A stretch of 64,000 nucleotides of DNA from Lophium mytilinum (Eukaryota). Below, in pieces: positions 12,426 through 24,824 of this stretch. The DNA lies in assembly GCA_010093605.1 (NCBI GenBank), contig MU004188.1:189673-253672 (forward strand). Direction: 5' to 3'. The notes under the pieces are model-generated. The model searched no databases, was not told where the DNA came from, and saw nothing but the letters and a program-made list of their open reading frames with translations. Made by a program: the position numbers and the translations under genes. Numbering within the stretch: position 1 is the first letter of the stretch; every line of letters starts with the position of its first letter.

Positions 12426-15400
12426 TTATTGCGCCTTCCTCCCCAACCCCCTCCGCCCACTCCTCCACTGCATAACCGTCGGATCCACAAACTCCTCCGT
12501 GTCCTCCTCGAACCGCTCGTTGCCCAGCATAATAATCTTGACCGCATTCCCAAAACCGACCGCCACAGCACGTTTACCCAGCCGCGCAATCGGGCCCGCG
12601 TTCGAGACCCACAGCTGGTCGTCCTGCTGCGAGGCGTCGCCAGCATCCGAGAAGAGCGGCGTCGTGAGCAGCTCACCAGCGCTCATAAGCGTCCAAGCCT
12701 CCCATTCGTCGGCTGTGTCGTTCTCGGCGTGCTCGTTAGCGCTGGGCTCGGCATGGGCGACTGGTGTGGGGAGAGAAGAGAGATCGGTGGCTGGTTTGTA
12801 GGTGCGGTGTTTGAGTGCGTTGCTAGGAGCGTCTAGGGCTGGTTCGAAGTAATTTGTGTCTGCGCCCGACGCAATTGAAGACGGCGCTGGGGTTGACGAA
12901 CGTTTGCGAACGCCGATGACGGATTGCGCGTGTGTTGCTTCCCAGACGCCAGGTTTGTGTACCCAGTGTAGGCCTTCCCGCGCGCTGTCGAGGCCTTGGC
13001 AGGCCCGCGTCTCGTTATAGGATGATGAGCGGAGGCAGATCTGCGAGTTTGATGAGTCGTCGATGGAGAAGGTATGCATGATCAGGAGATGAGTCTCAAT
13101 TTCTGTGTATACGATGGACAGCGAATTGATGGTGGTAGCTCCGCACGAACAGGAGCTTCGGTGAGAATGGAGGACTTTGAGGGTGTTCGGTTTGACGTGC
13201 CTAGTCCTCACCGTGTGGATGATAGAGCGGCTGTGGAAGTCGAAGACATCGACTTCACACTGCCGAACAGCAAACACCAGCCCGAGGCTTGAAACTGTCA
13301 AGATGGACCTAATCTTCGACAGCTTTCCGGCGTCAGATAGCCGTGGTCCAAAATCGGGCAATGTCTCGGAGCGCCATTCGTTGTTGGCGGATTTTGTGGT
13401 CACGTGTAGTTGGCCATTTCTAGAAGCGCTTATGATGTTCATCCTTCCCCTGGCGCAGCAGAGTAAAGATGTTGAAATAATTTTGCTCTGGCTTATTTGA
13501 TGGCTCTGCTGTTGGGAAGAACGAAGGTCAAGATCTGTAAGACAGCCATCCGGAGTGACAAATACAAGGCTCAACCTCTCGTGCTCTGCCGTATCCATTG
13601 AAGCAAAAGAGAAGAAAACGGGTAGCTGGCCCCTTAGCGGGACCTTTGTCGACTTGAAGAATCGTCTGTCCACGAGGCTCCAGAGCGCCGCTTGGCCATT
13701 GTCTGACAACAAGGCCAGAAACCTTCCACTGTCGTCGATCGTAGTTCCTATGATTGGCCAGATCGGGGGTGTTGCCTTTGCCGTCTTCATGATCATTTGG
13801 GAATATCCCCTCGATCGATCGTAGTACCAAATACACGTGGACCGGTCCAAGCTGATACTGACAATATGTCCCCTGCCACATGACGTAAGTCGAATAATAT
13901 CCAAGCCGTGCGATGCTGGAAGTGTTCTGACAGCTAGCGAGTGCGCATCCTCACCGTCGTCAAGGTCGTCCAGTAATTCATTCGATAGAAGGTAGCTCAT
14001 TAGGAGGGTGACTAGTGCTATTGTGAGACTGATGGTAAGCGCAACTGGGAAAAGATGTTGCGTTGTCATCTGGCGAATGATGTATAGAACAGATGTGGGA
14101 TGCGGCCGCGCTTTTCTTCCATCGGCACCCTTCAGTACAAAAAATACCGGATCATACACCCGGGCGACGAAGCTGTAGGCGTTTGGTTTGAAAAACCGAA
14201 TGAACTCCTTGGCTGTGTCGTGGTCCTGCATCTTTAACCATTCCGCCGGCGTGCGAGCTTGATTGATAGGCGGCTGCGGTCGCACTGTGCGAGACACACG
14301 AGAAGCATTTACCGAATCCCTGGTAGCAAGAGCGTAATCAAAGATGCGGCGAAGGGAGAAGGGCTGGTTGGCGCTGTCGAAGAAATGCCAGTTCAGCATG
14401 AGGACGAAGGACACAATTGCGACAGATCCTGCCAGCCGCGTTTGGACGGGGACTCTGCGTGCAATCAGCGTTCCGAGCCACGGTTGCTGCTCTTGCCTTG
14501 TGCTCGTGGTCGGGTGAGCAATGTTGAGTCTGTCGAGAGAATCCTGAAGCTCGAGCCTTCTGACGTCAACGCTCAAAACAGCGAGGAAGAACGTTAGGTG
14601 GAAGACGAAATCAAAGACCAGCGCAACAGCAGCAAAGGCACAAAACGCAGCAACGCCAGGAGAAACAACGCGTGATAGCAACCACAAAAGCAGGAGATTT
14701 TGAAGGGTTTGTGCAAGTGACAGGTGCCCAACTTCTCCAAGTGCGTTGCCAATACGATGGATTGTAGGCATTTCGGGAGGATTTGCTAACACCTCATTTA
14801 TCAACCGGAAGCTTAGTCGTTCGTTAGTGATGAAAGATTCGTTCGATGGCTCAGTGCACCTACATGTTGTCAAGGCCGATGACGAGCACTACAAAGGGAT
14901 ACGCCTCTCGAGGGATATGAGCTAGATTGATCTTGAGCATTCCACAAATAGTAAAGCTGGCAACAATGGCAGCAGACATCTAAGGAGCATGAGCCTCACG
15001 TGATGAAGGAGGACAGTCGTTTTTGCATACCTTGCAGACTACCGTTATTGCTAGACCAAACCTGCTGGTTACAGCGCGCATCTTCCCAAGGCTGGCTAGT
15101 ACATACAAGGCCATCAGTCCATAGACTAGCGCCAGGAAAATGTCATCGGACATAGTCATAGGCCTGAAGCGAAACTCGTAAAGTTGGCTCCCCGCCACCA
15201 TGCCAGTCTCGGGATATAACGACCACTGATCTGAAAGGTCTTCGGCCAGTGCCTTTAGCCGGGTTTCCCAACTCTTTTGGATGCCGGTTTTGGTCATATC
15301 AAAGACTGTAATCACAAGCGCATCTGCAGCCTGCAATTTTCCATCTTTGAAAGACTTCCCAGCAAAGATAGAGCTTGGCCGTAGGGTGAAATTTAGATAT

Positions 15401-16066
15401 GTTTGCTGGCCCATTCTACGGTTGATAGTGGCGAGGACGTCGGAATCAGACTCCAGCGCAGCCAAAGAACAGTTCCAAAGCATCAAGGGCGAGTGAAAAG
15501 CCCAGGAGAGACTGCGGGACCCCGGAGCGCACATGTCGTTGGGTGTATCGTGGCTGTTTTCTGGGTCGCCCGGTGCTGGGAGGCTGTCCAATCCGGAGCG
15601 GTCCTCAGGCCCAAATCCATTTACAATGAGAGCATTCTGAACGCGTAATGCTTGTCGCAAAACGCGGGGGTCCAAAGCCTTCATGTAATCCCCGTGCATC
15701 CATACCTGTCGCATTTCCACGTCGGCCTTGGTGTTGGGTCCGCCCCGGAACTCGGTGGTGGAGGTCCACACATGGTGAGGTATATTATGTGGTCCGGGGA
15801 CGTTGGATCCAGCACTGAAAAAAAGCACGGGGTAACAGAGCAATACGGCGGTGGCAACGGAGAGCAGGATGGAGAGGCGCCAATGGCGCGCGGTCGCTGT
15901 TCCATGGCGCTGGAAGGCGAGGCGGAGGGGATGTGTCTGGGAGAGCCTCGGGGGCTCAGTGGTACTTTGCAAGCGGGCGCGTCAACATGTGGCCTGTGAG
16001 ACGGCCCCGAGGGGCGCAAGGGAGCAATACTCACCCACGGAACGGGTACAAGAGATACCAGATCAT
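12426..16066 (-). CDS. SCP1: SREBP cleavage-activating protein (sterol-sensing domain plus C-terminal WD40-like region)
   Basis: MIWYLLYPFRG|TTEPPRLS..., SSD text (SRFGLAITVV, ERLSFRLINEV, FCAFAAVALVFDFVFHLTFFLAVLSVDVRRLELQDSL), beta-propeller-like C-terminus (HGLDIIRL, VAVGFGNAVKII). Confidence 0.9.
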
Positions 16067-16887
16067 GCCAGGTCGACCGGGGCGCGCGGTCAGGGAGCTG
16101 GAAGCATGGACGGCAGCGCAGTATACAGCCTGAGCTGCGGAGGTGCGGCGGCCGGCGGCTCAGCTATGTACATAGGTAGGTTGAGGGCGTCGAGCGGCGG
16201 CGTGACTCTGGCGTGACTGCTGGCGGGCGGAGCAGGAGCCTGGGGAGGATTTGGACGAGGCCGAGGAAAGCTGCGGAGGGCATTCGCGACAGATATCTGG
16301 ACCAGACGGGGACGGGATGCAAAGACGGGTGGCTTGGCGAATGGTGGAGGAGCTGTTCGGCGTGCTCAGTCGCCAAATGGCGCTCTGGACTGGCGCCCGC
16401 CTGGCAGACGGACTCGAGTCGCACAACGATGGCTTCGAAGCCGGTGACGTCTGATGCGGCGGGATCCACGGCAAGGTTCGTGGTGGAGCTGTGGAAGGGG
16501 GCCTGTCCTGCCTTCAACATCACCTGAGGTCTGCCTTTCCACCATCTCCTGTCCACCCACAGTCTGTCCCGTGGGAGACACCCAGCACCTCCTAACTTGT
16601 TCCTGGTCGTGTTCTAGCGGCCCGGCCTGCGATCGGCACTACCCCTGCCCTGCAGCCATCCTCTCCCGCCATCGGGCTGAAGGCCAGCTCCCGTCCTCTC
16701 GCTGCCCGAATGTGAGATAGCTAGCCGCAGAGGAGCATCTGGGGCGACAAATCATGCTCTGCTGGACGGTGACAAACATATCATTCATGACTGGGCAGGG
16801 TCGAAAGCTGCGCTGCCCCTGTGCGACATAGAGACACGCGCCGAGGCATGTATTGGCGAGCTTCAAGACAAAACACCATGCACGTTA

Positions 16888-16968
16888 TATCGAGAATGCA
16901 ATTCCTCCATGGGCGCATGATTATCGAGAATGCAATTCCTACATAGGGCAGCACATCATGCGCCCATG
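16888..16968. repeat. 19-bp direct repeat interleaved with a 14-bp perfect inverted repeat
   Basis: TATCGAGAATGCAATTCCT at 16888-16906 and 16922-16940; CATGGGCGCATGAT at 16908-16921 with its reverse complement at 16955-16968. Confidence 0.85.
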
Positions 16969-17218
16969 ACCGTTAGCATCTACCTCCAATATTGGGTTGG
17001 TCCCTCTCGTTGCGCCTGCGCCTGACTTCCCCTGACCTCCCGCTACCCATCACCATACCCTTTTGGACTCAATGTTGCACTCAACATGCCAGGGCCCGTC
17101 TCTATATTGCCAGACGCCCTCACCGGACGCCCTCTGCGACCTGAAGAATGCTGAACTCAGCCGTCTTGTCTTGAGACTGACAGACATAACTCATTCCGTT
17201 CATGACACGAATTCTCTT

Positions 17219-18442
17219 TCACGTATCATCCATCTCCTCGTCGTCACTGCCATCATCGTCTTCCCACCCCTCCTCCTCGTCCCCGTCTTCTCCTTCGACG
17301 TAAGGCCCTAGCGTCTTTTCCAGCTCTTGCACCAATTCCTCTGCATGCTCCTTGAGTCGCTCGTCCTCGTAATCAAGCAGCCGAAACAGCTTTAGACTGT
17401 TCTGTAGCCAGTTCATACTCGCGCGCATCACCGATGTGGCCGTTTTCTTTTCCTCGTCCGACTCGGCTGCCGTCTTCCGCTTTTCACCCATCAGATGCAG
17501 ACACCAGCCCCCGAGATACCACGCCTCAACACTGCCATCATCCTCTCCCACTAACCGCTCCAGCACTTCGATCGCCTCGTCCTCCATCTCCGCTTCCATC
17601 AGCAATCGCGCCAAGCTGATCTTAGTTGGGAATTCAGGGACTTTTGGATCCTCAGGCTCCAAATCCTTCCACACATCCAGACTCCTTGTCAACGCCGCCC
17701 GCGCATCTTCCAGCCTCATCTGTGAAATCCGCACCGACGCGAGCGTCTGCAGCGCTTCAGGGTTATTCGGCGCGACCATCAATGCCTCTGTGACTAGTGC
17801 CTCACACCTCGCTTCAGCGTCTTCTTCCCATCTGTAGATAGCCTCAATTAGCATACCCCGAAACAAACCCCAAACAAGTGGTGATACTTACGACAAGTCC
17901 GTCATGTAAACCTCCGCAACTCCACACAATGCATCCGCCAACTTCCTCTTCTTTTCCTCCACAACCTCCTCCACCTCCTTCCCTCTCTTTCCTTCTAACT
18001 CCCCAAGCTCCCGCCGTAAAGCCACCGCCCCCTTCTCAAACCACCCCACACTCTCCGCGCCTCCCTCCTCGCACAGCTGCGCCAGCCATAAGAATTTCTC
18101 GGCTCCGCCGCCTTGCGCCTCTACTACCGCACCCTCAGGATCTAATGCGGCAGCTCTTACGAAGAGCTCCCGCGCCGTATCCACCTCCCCTAGCTCTACG
18201 TTTATTTCGCCGAGCAGTGTTAGGGCAGGAAGCGATGCGATTGTGGGAGTGGAGGTGGGTTGGAGGATGGAGAGGGCGCGTTGTGCGCTGTTGAGGGCGA
18301 GCTCGGGTTGGGAGGTTTGGAGCGCGGCGGTTGCTTCGGCGAGGAGAGTTGTGGGGGATGCGGAGGGTTTTTCTTTCTTGGAGGTGCCGTTCGTGGTTTT
18401 TCTGGAGCGTTTGGAGCGGTCTTGGGGTTTTGTCTTCGCCAT
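17219..18442 (-). CDS. ACL4: TPR-like assembly chaperone of Rpl4
   Basis: AEKFLWLAQLCEEGGAESVGWFEKG, LCGVAEVYMTDL|SWEEDAEARCE, EALQTLASVRISQ, VEAWYLGGW, acidic tail; one intron. Confidence 0.88.
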
Positions 18443-18691
18443 CTTGGGGATTTGGCTGGTATGTGGCGTTACGATGTTAAAGATCCGGAGGTTTTTGTGG
18501 GGAGTATTCTCCGTTCGATGTATATATTGTGGGATCCTGAATCTGTATTAATGGTTGAGTGAGGAGGAATTGTTGTCTCGAGCATGGAGTGACGAAATTC
18601 AAAAAATTCAAGAGGAGTGGTCCGAGCTTCCTCGAAACAGCCCCACCTCATCATTCGAGCTCCGCAGCCACCAAAACTACAGTTAAACAAC

Positions 18692-19558
18692 ATGGGTATA
18701 GAGGAGCAAAAAGAGGAGCAAAAAGAGGAGCGGGAAGTCCTCGACTCCATCTTCCCGGAGGAGATTACAGGTAAAAATTCTCCATACCACCTGTCCGCGC
18801 GCATAAATATCTAATAAAATCCACCAGACATCTCCGAGACCGAATACCGCATCTCCATCCTCCTCGACGTAGCTCTAACCAACGAAGATGACGACAAATT
18901 CGAGCCTCGTACGTCCACTCTCCCAGTCAGACCCTCCCTCCAATACCCCCACATCATCCGCGAATTTGTAAAGAACCAAGAACGAAGCCCCAAAAGCTAA
19001 CCCCCACCAGCCACCATCCTCCTCCGCATCCAATACCCCCCCACCTACCCCGACGACGCGCCCATCCTCGACATCTCCGCGCCCCCCAACGCCCCAAAAC
19101 ACAAGTTCCTCGACATCTCCGAAGACCGCGCCACCCTCCTCTCCGCCCTCACGCCCACCATCGAGGAAAACCTCGGCATGGCCATGGTCTTCACCCTCTA
19201 CTCCTCCCTCAAAGACTGCGCCGAGCTGCTTATTGCCGAGCGCCAGGCCGCCGCGCAAGCGTTGCAGGATGTGGAGGCGGCGAAGGCGGAGGAGGCGGAG
19301 AATGCGAAGTTTCATGGGACGCAGGTGACGCGGGAGAGTTTCTTGAAGTGGCGGGATGGGTTTCGGAGGGAGATGCGGGAGCGGGAGGAGAGGCGGGTGG
19401 AGGAGAAGGAGGCGGAGGATAAGAAGAAGAGGGTTAAGGAGGAGAAGAGGATGACGGGGAGGGAGTTGTGGGAGGGGGGGTTGGCGAAGGGGGGAGAGGA
19501 GGAGGAGGAGGGTGGGGATGGTTTGGAGGGGGTGGAGAAGCTCAAGATCGAGGCGTGA
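18692..19558 (+). CDS. GIR2: RWD-domain protein GIR2/RWDD1
   Basis: MGIEEQKEEQKEEREVLDSIFPEEIT|DISET..., YPPTYPDDAP, EENLGMAMVFTL, KFHGTQVTRESFLKWR, MTGRELWE; two introns; a 12-nt duplication (EEQK twice) at 18701-18724. Confidence 0.9.
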
Positions 19559-19769
19559 GGGGAAGAGTTGGGACGGAGGTTTTTGGGGCGCTTGGGGGCT
19601 CCATCGCGGAAAGGGCTATACTACTACTTGGATCTTTACGGGACGATAGTGAAGAACTAGCCTTCCACATGGGTACAGCATATAAAGCTGTATGGGAGAA
19701 TGAGGATAGCACGACCCTGGCCTAAACCCTTCTAACCATCAATAGGGCACGCAAGTTCACTCCAAATCT

Positions 19770-20373
19770 ATGGGGAAAACCACCTCACGATCAAATTTGT
19801 CACTTCTTTCAACCACAGATGGGTTCCATATTGCGCTGATTGCGGCTTGCAAAACAGATAACGAGCCTGTCGTTGACCTCATCCTATCTCACGCACGTGC
19901 TTCTTCCGAGTACAGAGCTCACCATAAGCATGACCTGATATTCAAATTTGGAATGCAGGTCAATGAGACGATGATGAAGAAAGTATGCAGCGGGCCTTTG
20001 TCCAACTCATCACACTCTCTTGTACGCCATACGCACGCGGAACTTACTATTCACTCATCTACTCATTGATGTTGTCGAATGGATGTGGGATAGTGTGCGA
20101 CTTGAAGAAGTTTTACACGAAGCCGTGCAATGGGGAGATTCTAGCGTCGTCACTGCGTTGGTCCTTGCCGGTGTGCCTCTGGGCGACAAAATCGTAGTAA
20201 AGATGGAAACAGAAACTCGAACATTTGCATACTCATCTGCGCTGGCCATTGCTATCTACAAAGGGCACCGCGATATCGTGAACATGCTGTTGGATGCTAG
20301 CGCGCCAGTCAATTCGGATCCGCATTCGCAGGAAGCGGGAGAGAAGACCCTCGAAGGTATGAGCGGGCTTTAA
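19770..20373 (+). pseudogene. Ankyrin-repeat gene remnant, apparently frameshifted
   Basis: Ankyrin-like motifs lie in two frames: ALIAACKTDNEPVVDLIL in one; HTLLYAIRTRNLLFTHLLI, LHEAVQWGDSSVVTALVLAG and SALAIAIYKGHRDIVNMLLDASAPVN in the other. The frame switch is near 19980-20010 with no convincing intron. Confidence 0.6.
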
Positions 20374-20658
20374 CAATGACACCCTCGAAGGAAAGGTCTA
20401 ATCCCTAACTTTCACACCCAGCTTTCCCGAAATGCAATCCGGAATCGTTATATTTCGTTTCTGCTATCTGAAAATCTCCATTAGACGTACTAGAATTAGT
20501 GCTCTAGCCTGTGCTATATCATCGCGGATCTATTTAGATTTGTTCTCGCAATTCAATCACCATTATTCTGTCATACTCGAACCACTCAAATTCATATTTC
20601 ATTGCATTCTCCTCTGCATACATAAAGCACCCCTTCTGCTTCTGCCTATATAATCTAC

Positions 20659-20841
20659 CTAATAGCACTCGCTACAACTCGCCACCTTCTTCGCCACATT
20701 ATGGATATCCGGACACGTCGCGAAGCGCGGATTATAAAGATACTGGATCCCAGGGTTCTGCTACCGGAAGTCAGAGCAGGGGCTGTAGGTACTGAAGTCC
20801 CCTCCGCAGCGGCTGCAGTATTGCGTGGTGGCTTTGCACAT
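20659..20841 (-). pseudogene. Small Cys-rich family member A, with one in-frame TAG (pseudogene or recoded)
   Basis: MCKATTQYCSRCGGDFSTYSPCSDFR*QNPGIQYLYNPRFATCPDIHNVAKKVASCSECY*, internal TAG at 20763-20761. Clear paralog of 21207-21395. Absent from the ORF track. Confidence 0.85.
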
Positions 20842-21206
20842 GTTGAGGCTTGAGTTCAGAAAGGGGGAGGTTGGATGGTTATTGGTAGCCTTCTGGGTGT
20901 GGGGTGTAATAGAAGTTTAGGTTGTCAGTGTGAGGCTTAGAGGTCTAGCAAGAGAGTGGGGGCATGAGTAGGAGAGAAACTTTTATATTGCAAGAAGCAG
21001 TATATGTAGTGATAAAGTGAAGATGCAGCAGTTGAGTGAAGGCTGCTAGTGAAGGTGATAGACCGTGACTTGGATAGCATAACAGAGCAGTGGCTCCCTT
21101 CTCCAAAGTAGTTCACTACATCCCACAGGATTTCAGCCCCTGCCTAGTCCTAGCCCTCCATTTCGCCGCCCCTCTTGATCATTCCACTCCTTCCCAAGCA
21201 CTCTTT

Positions 21207-21395
21207 CTACGAGCACTGCTCACACGACGCCACCTTCTTCGCGGCACTATGGAAATAAGGGCATCGCGCACAGTTTGAATTTCCATCGCCGACGAAGTCC
21301 ATCCACGCGTTAAGCCGGCGAAATTCGGAGCAGGGGGTATAAATGGGATAAGAGCCGCCGCAGCGGGAACAGATTTGGTTGGTGGCTTTGCACAT
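21207..21395 (-). CDS. Small Cys-rich family member B (62 aa)
   Basis: MCKATNQICSRCGGSYPIYTPCSEFRRLNAWMDFVGDGNSNCARCPYFHSAAKKVASCEQCS; C-terminal part of track ORF 21207-21503. Confidence 0.82.
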   Translation of the reverse strand: MCKATNQICSRCGGSYPIYTPCSEFRRLNAWMDFVGDGNSNCARCPYFHSAAKKVASCEQCS

Positions 21396-21836
21396 ATTGA
21401 GGAAAGTGGTGATGTTTTGTTGGTGGTTGTTGGTGGTTGTTCGATATATTTGGATGTGTGGGGATTTGGTGAGGAGATGAGGGGAGGGAAGGAGACTTGA
21501 CATACATTAAGTAGGAGACGGATGGCTGGATGAGTGAGGTGGCAGCTTGGTGAAGCTTTTAGTGAACGTACCGGGTGAAGTGACGACTGCTCCGTTTTCG
21601 AGGCTGATAGTAGGTTCTAGTCGTCCATGACTTCACGAATATGCTACATCGCTTGATGGTGCTGGCATCGATAGCCTTTCGAGGATATATAAACGTCCTC
21701 AAAAGCCCCCCTCATCTACTTCCTACATCTTCATCAACCCTCAATTTACACCTCCAGGCTCCGAGAGCCCAATATCTCTATCAAACTTCGATCAGAGTAC
21801 TTCGAGCTCCAAAGCCTACCACCAAAGACCGCCGGA

Positions 21837-22085
21837 ATGTGCATGTACTTCAAATACGCTAGCTGCCGACATGAGAGGCGCGCCTCATGCTTCTCCTTCA
21901 TCAACGCGCATCCCGAATTTGGGGGCATAGACCAGAGATGGTTGCCTCCAAACGCACCTGCGTGCCCGGACTCTAAACACAAGACCGTTCTGTGCGAAAC
22001 ACTGTGCCCAGATTGCGATCCTACCAATCATGCGGGCCATAGCGACAGAGGAAGGGGAAAGGTTGGATACGAGTATCTAGAGTAG
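21837..22085 (+). CDS. Small Cys-rich family member C (82 aa, C-x-H variant)
   Basis: MCMYFKYASCRHERRASCFSFINAHPEF...WLPPNAPACPDSKHKTVLCETLCPDC; TATATAAA at 21686-21693; divergent from member B. Confidence 0.8.
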   Translation: MCMYFKYASCRHERRASCFSFINAHPEFGGIDQRWLPPNAPACPDSKHKTVLCETLCPDCDPTNHAGHSDRGRGKVGYEYLE

Positions 22086-22209
22086 ATGCTGTAGATAGAC
22101 TTAGGGGAAAGATTGGATACGAGTCTCTGGGCTAGATGCTGTAGATGAACTGAGAGGAAAGATTGGATACGAGTCTATAGGCTAGATGCTGTAGATGGAT
22201 TTGGGGAAA
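22053..22209 (+). repeat. Tandem repeat, 50-bp unit, about 3 copies, overlapping the stop codon of member C
   Basis: GGAAAG(G/A)TTGGATACGAGT...TAGATGCTGTAGAT recurs at exactly 50-bp spacing (TTGGATACGAGT at 22063, 22113 and 22163). Confidence 0.92.
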
Positions 22210-22803
22210 TACATTCAATTATAAACTTGATTTACTAGCTGCGGTAAAAACTGAAACTTCCTCGCCCAACCATTTGCTCACCTTGTAGTGATGCCACACC
22301 TTTGCATTGAGTTCTGGAAACCCGCAAGTGTAGTCCCTGTCTGTCACTCTTCCTGCACCACTTGGTGCGGTTTCTAGGCTCGAGATAGAAGTAGTGCACA
22401 TGGCAGCAGAGGTGGTTAATGTGAACTCGATGGTCGCTGCGGCCCCGTATATCAACACTACTTTCGAGCCCATCTGGTAAGTATGATCACGATGTGAAGG
22501 AGGCGAGAGAGAACGACTCACGTACTTGAATATATATAAGCGGTACAGAACGGTATGGGCCAGGAAGTAGATGTCAAGGCGCAGGACTAAGGTATGGAAT
22601 TTTACCTAACACAGGAACATTACCAGTTAAAAGGAATGATTGTTAGCTGTGCAGGCGTTGCTAAATCCCACGACTACTGTAAAAACTACCACTAGTATAG
22701 CACGGCAAATCCTTCAAGTCGTTTGAATGTACTTTATATGTAAACAGTTTCAGAAAAGGAACACCGTGGTACACATTTCTCACGCTCTTCATGCCCCGTC
22801 TTC

Positions 22804-24547
22804 TTAAGCATAAGGAGCATTCTGAAGCCAATAACACCTCAAATTGCTTCCCGGATCATGGAAAGGCGCAATTCCAGTCACATTAAGATCTTCAGCCGTG
22901 CCAAAGAGCCCGTATGTAGGGAAAGGCGGCAAGCCGGCGGCACTCGGCACTCCAGCCACGGCAAACGTAGTGATCCACTCCTGCAACACTATCGCGACAG
23001 TATCGTTTACGACAGACGGAGAGGGGCCGTCGTAAAAAGTGTAGGGAACGTCCTCACCATGGGTCCCAGGAGGAACACTGAACACGTAGTTGTAGGTTTT
23101 GTTCTTGTAAGCCCGGGCGAGGTAGTTCGTGTTGCACACGAATACGACTTCGGCCCAGAAAGTGGAAGAGCGCCCGAATTCGGTCGTGTAGCCATATGCA
23201 CCGCTGTAATCAGGGGGATATAGCACCTGCGTGACGATGGTGAAGGCGGCCGGCGAGATGTCGGGGAATGCATTGCGGACGTTTTGGTTGAATGTCGCGT
23301 CCGTCTGCACGGGCGCAGTGAATAAATCACCCTCGTGGGAGTTGTGGCCGATTAGCAGATTCAGGCTCTGGTCAAACTTCCCTTGGGAGAGGAGGATGCC
23401 GGGTAGAGCGGGTGAGAAGACACCGTCAACAGCCGGACCTGTGCATGTGAGCGCTTGTAAGGCAAAGGCGAGAAGAGTACTGACCAAATGTGAAAAGGCC
23501 ATATTGTGACCCTGCCGTAATGTTTCTGTTTACCGCTTGCAGCTGTGTTGAAGACAGATCCCTCAATTGCTGCAGCGTAGAGACATCTGATGCGTTCAAA
23601 ACCTTGTGGAAAAGGGGGTCTTCTTGATCATTATTCGGAATGGGAGCAAATCCAGGACTCTGTAGGATTGCTTGTTGAAAAGGAACTTTCCCTTTGGAGC
23701 CGCCGTAGGCTGTTATCTGATGCTCGATACTCCCTCCGCCTGCAGACTCCCCGATGACAGTCACTCTGTTCGGATCTCCGCCGAAAAGATGGATGTACTT
23801 CTGGACCCAATCAAAGGCAAGGCGCTGGTCATAAAGCCCGGCATTGGCAGTCCCATTCTGCGACTGGTACGTGGAACCAGAGAGCCACCCCTATGCTTGG
23901 ATTAGCTACGCTCGCTACGGAAGGGCTAGATTGGCGTACGAAAAGGCCAAGACGATAGTTCATGGCGACATAGACGATGCCCTGGCCCGTGGCTTGCTCG
24001 CTTCTAGCGATCAAGCCAGCAGGGCTTCCAGCTTTCGTACCCAGCGTATAGCCTCCGCCATAGACCCAGACAAGGACAGCGGCTCCTTTCTGGGTACCGT
24101 TGAAAACGGCTTGCGGCACAGCAACATCCAAGAAAAGACAATCTTCGTTTTCGCTAGGGGATGGCGGAGGAGGACCACTGAGGCCTTCGGCCGCGAGAAT
24201 CCATGCCGGGTATGCTTGCGGACAGATGAAACCTACAGACCCGTTGTTTACAGTCCGGTCTGTCGTTCGGGGTGCAATGGGAGCCTCGAATCGCAAATCT
24301 CCCAAGGGGGGTTCAGCGAAGCGAATGTTTGAGAAAGTGTAGTAATCTCCTGTCGCCTAATGAAACAAAACGTGAGTGCTCGGGATTGTTTTTATGATGT
24401 AAAAGGTGAGCGTCATACATTGATTGTGGCCTGGTTGACACTATATCCAAGATCGACGGTTGGCAAGCACGACGCGCGACGCACGTTGGACAATGTCAGG
24501 AGGAGTGACAAGCTGCCGACAAGGCTGGCGGCTTGAGGTCGCATCAT
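22804..24547 (-). CDS. Secreted type-B carboxylesterase/lipase
   Basis: Signal-like N-terminus [52 protein letters not shown], catalytic GESAGG, NSHEG, GTHGEDV; 3 introns. Confidence 0.92.
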
Positions 24548-24824
24548 TGCGGTCCGAGAAAGTTTTTATATGTTTAGAGGACGCTGGCAGCTGAAGGCTT
24601 TGTGTTTCTCATGTCCAGCACCTTCTTATTTGTATACTAATGGCAAGCCAGCGCCCACGGGTGATAGTATTACCGTGACTTCCACTAACATCTGCCGTGT
24701 GGTAGTTGTTCCTGACCAGAACACGCCCTGGCATAGCAGTGGCGCTTAGCAGTGCCTAATATGACGCGTTATGAGTGAGAGTGCGCAGAGCGGAAATCTC
24801 CGCAAACCCACTTGTATCCGATTC

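Noticed and set aside
22053..22209. CRISPR-like array
   Set aside because: Eukaryotic context, whole units are homologous with no unique spacers, and there are no cas genes.
22219..22521. Minus-strand ORF containing MCTTSISS..., as a possible ninth family member
   Set aside because: It lacks both CxxC pairs and the C-x2-F and APxC motifs; coding status is unsupported.
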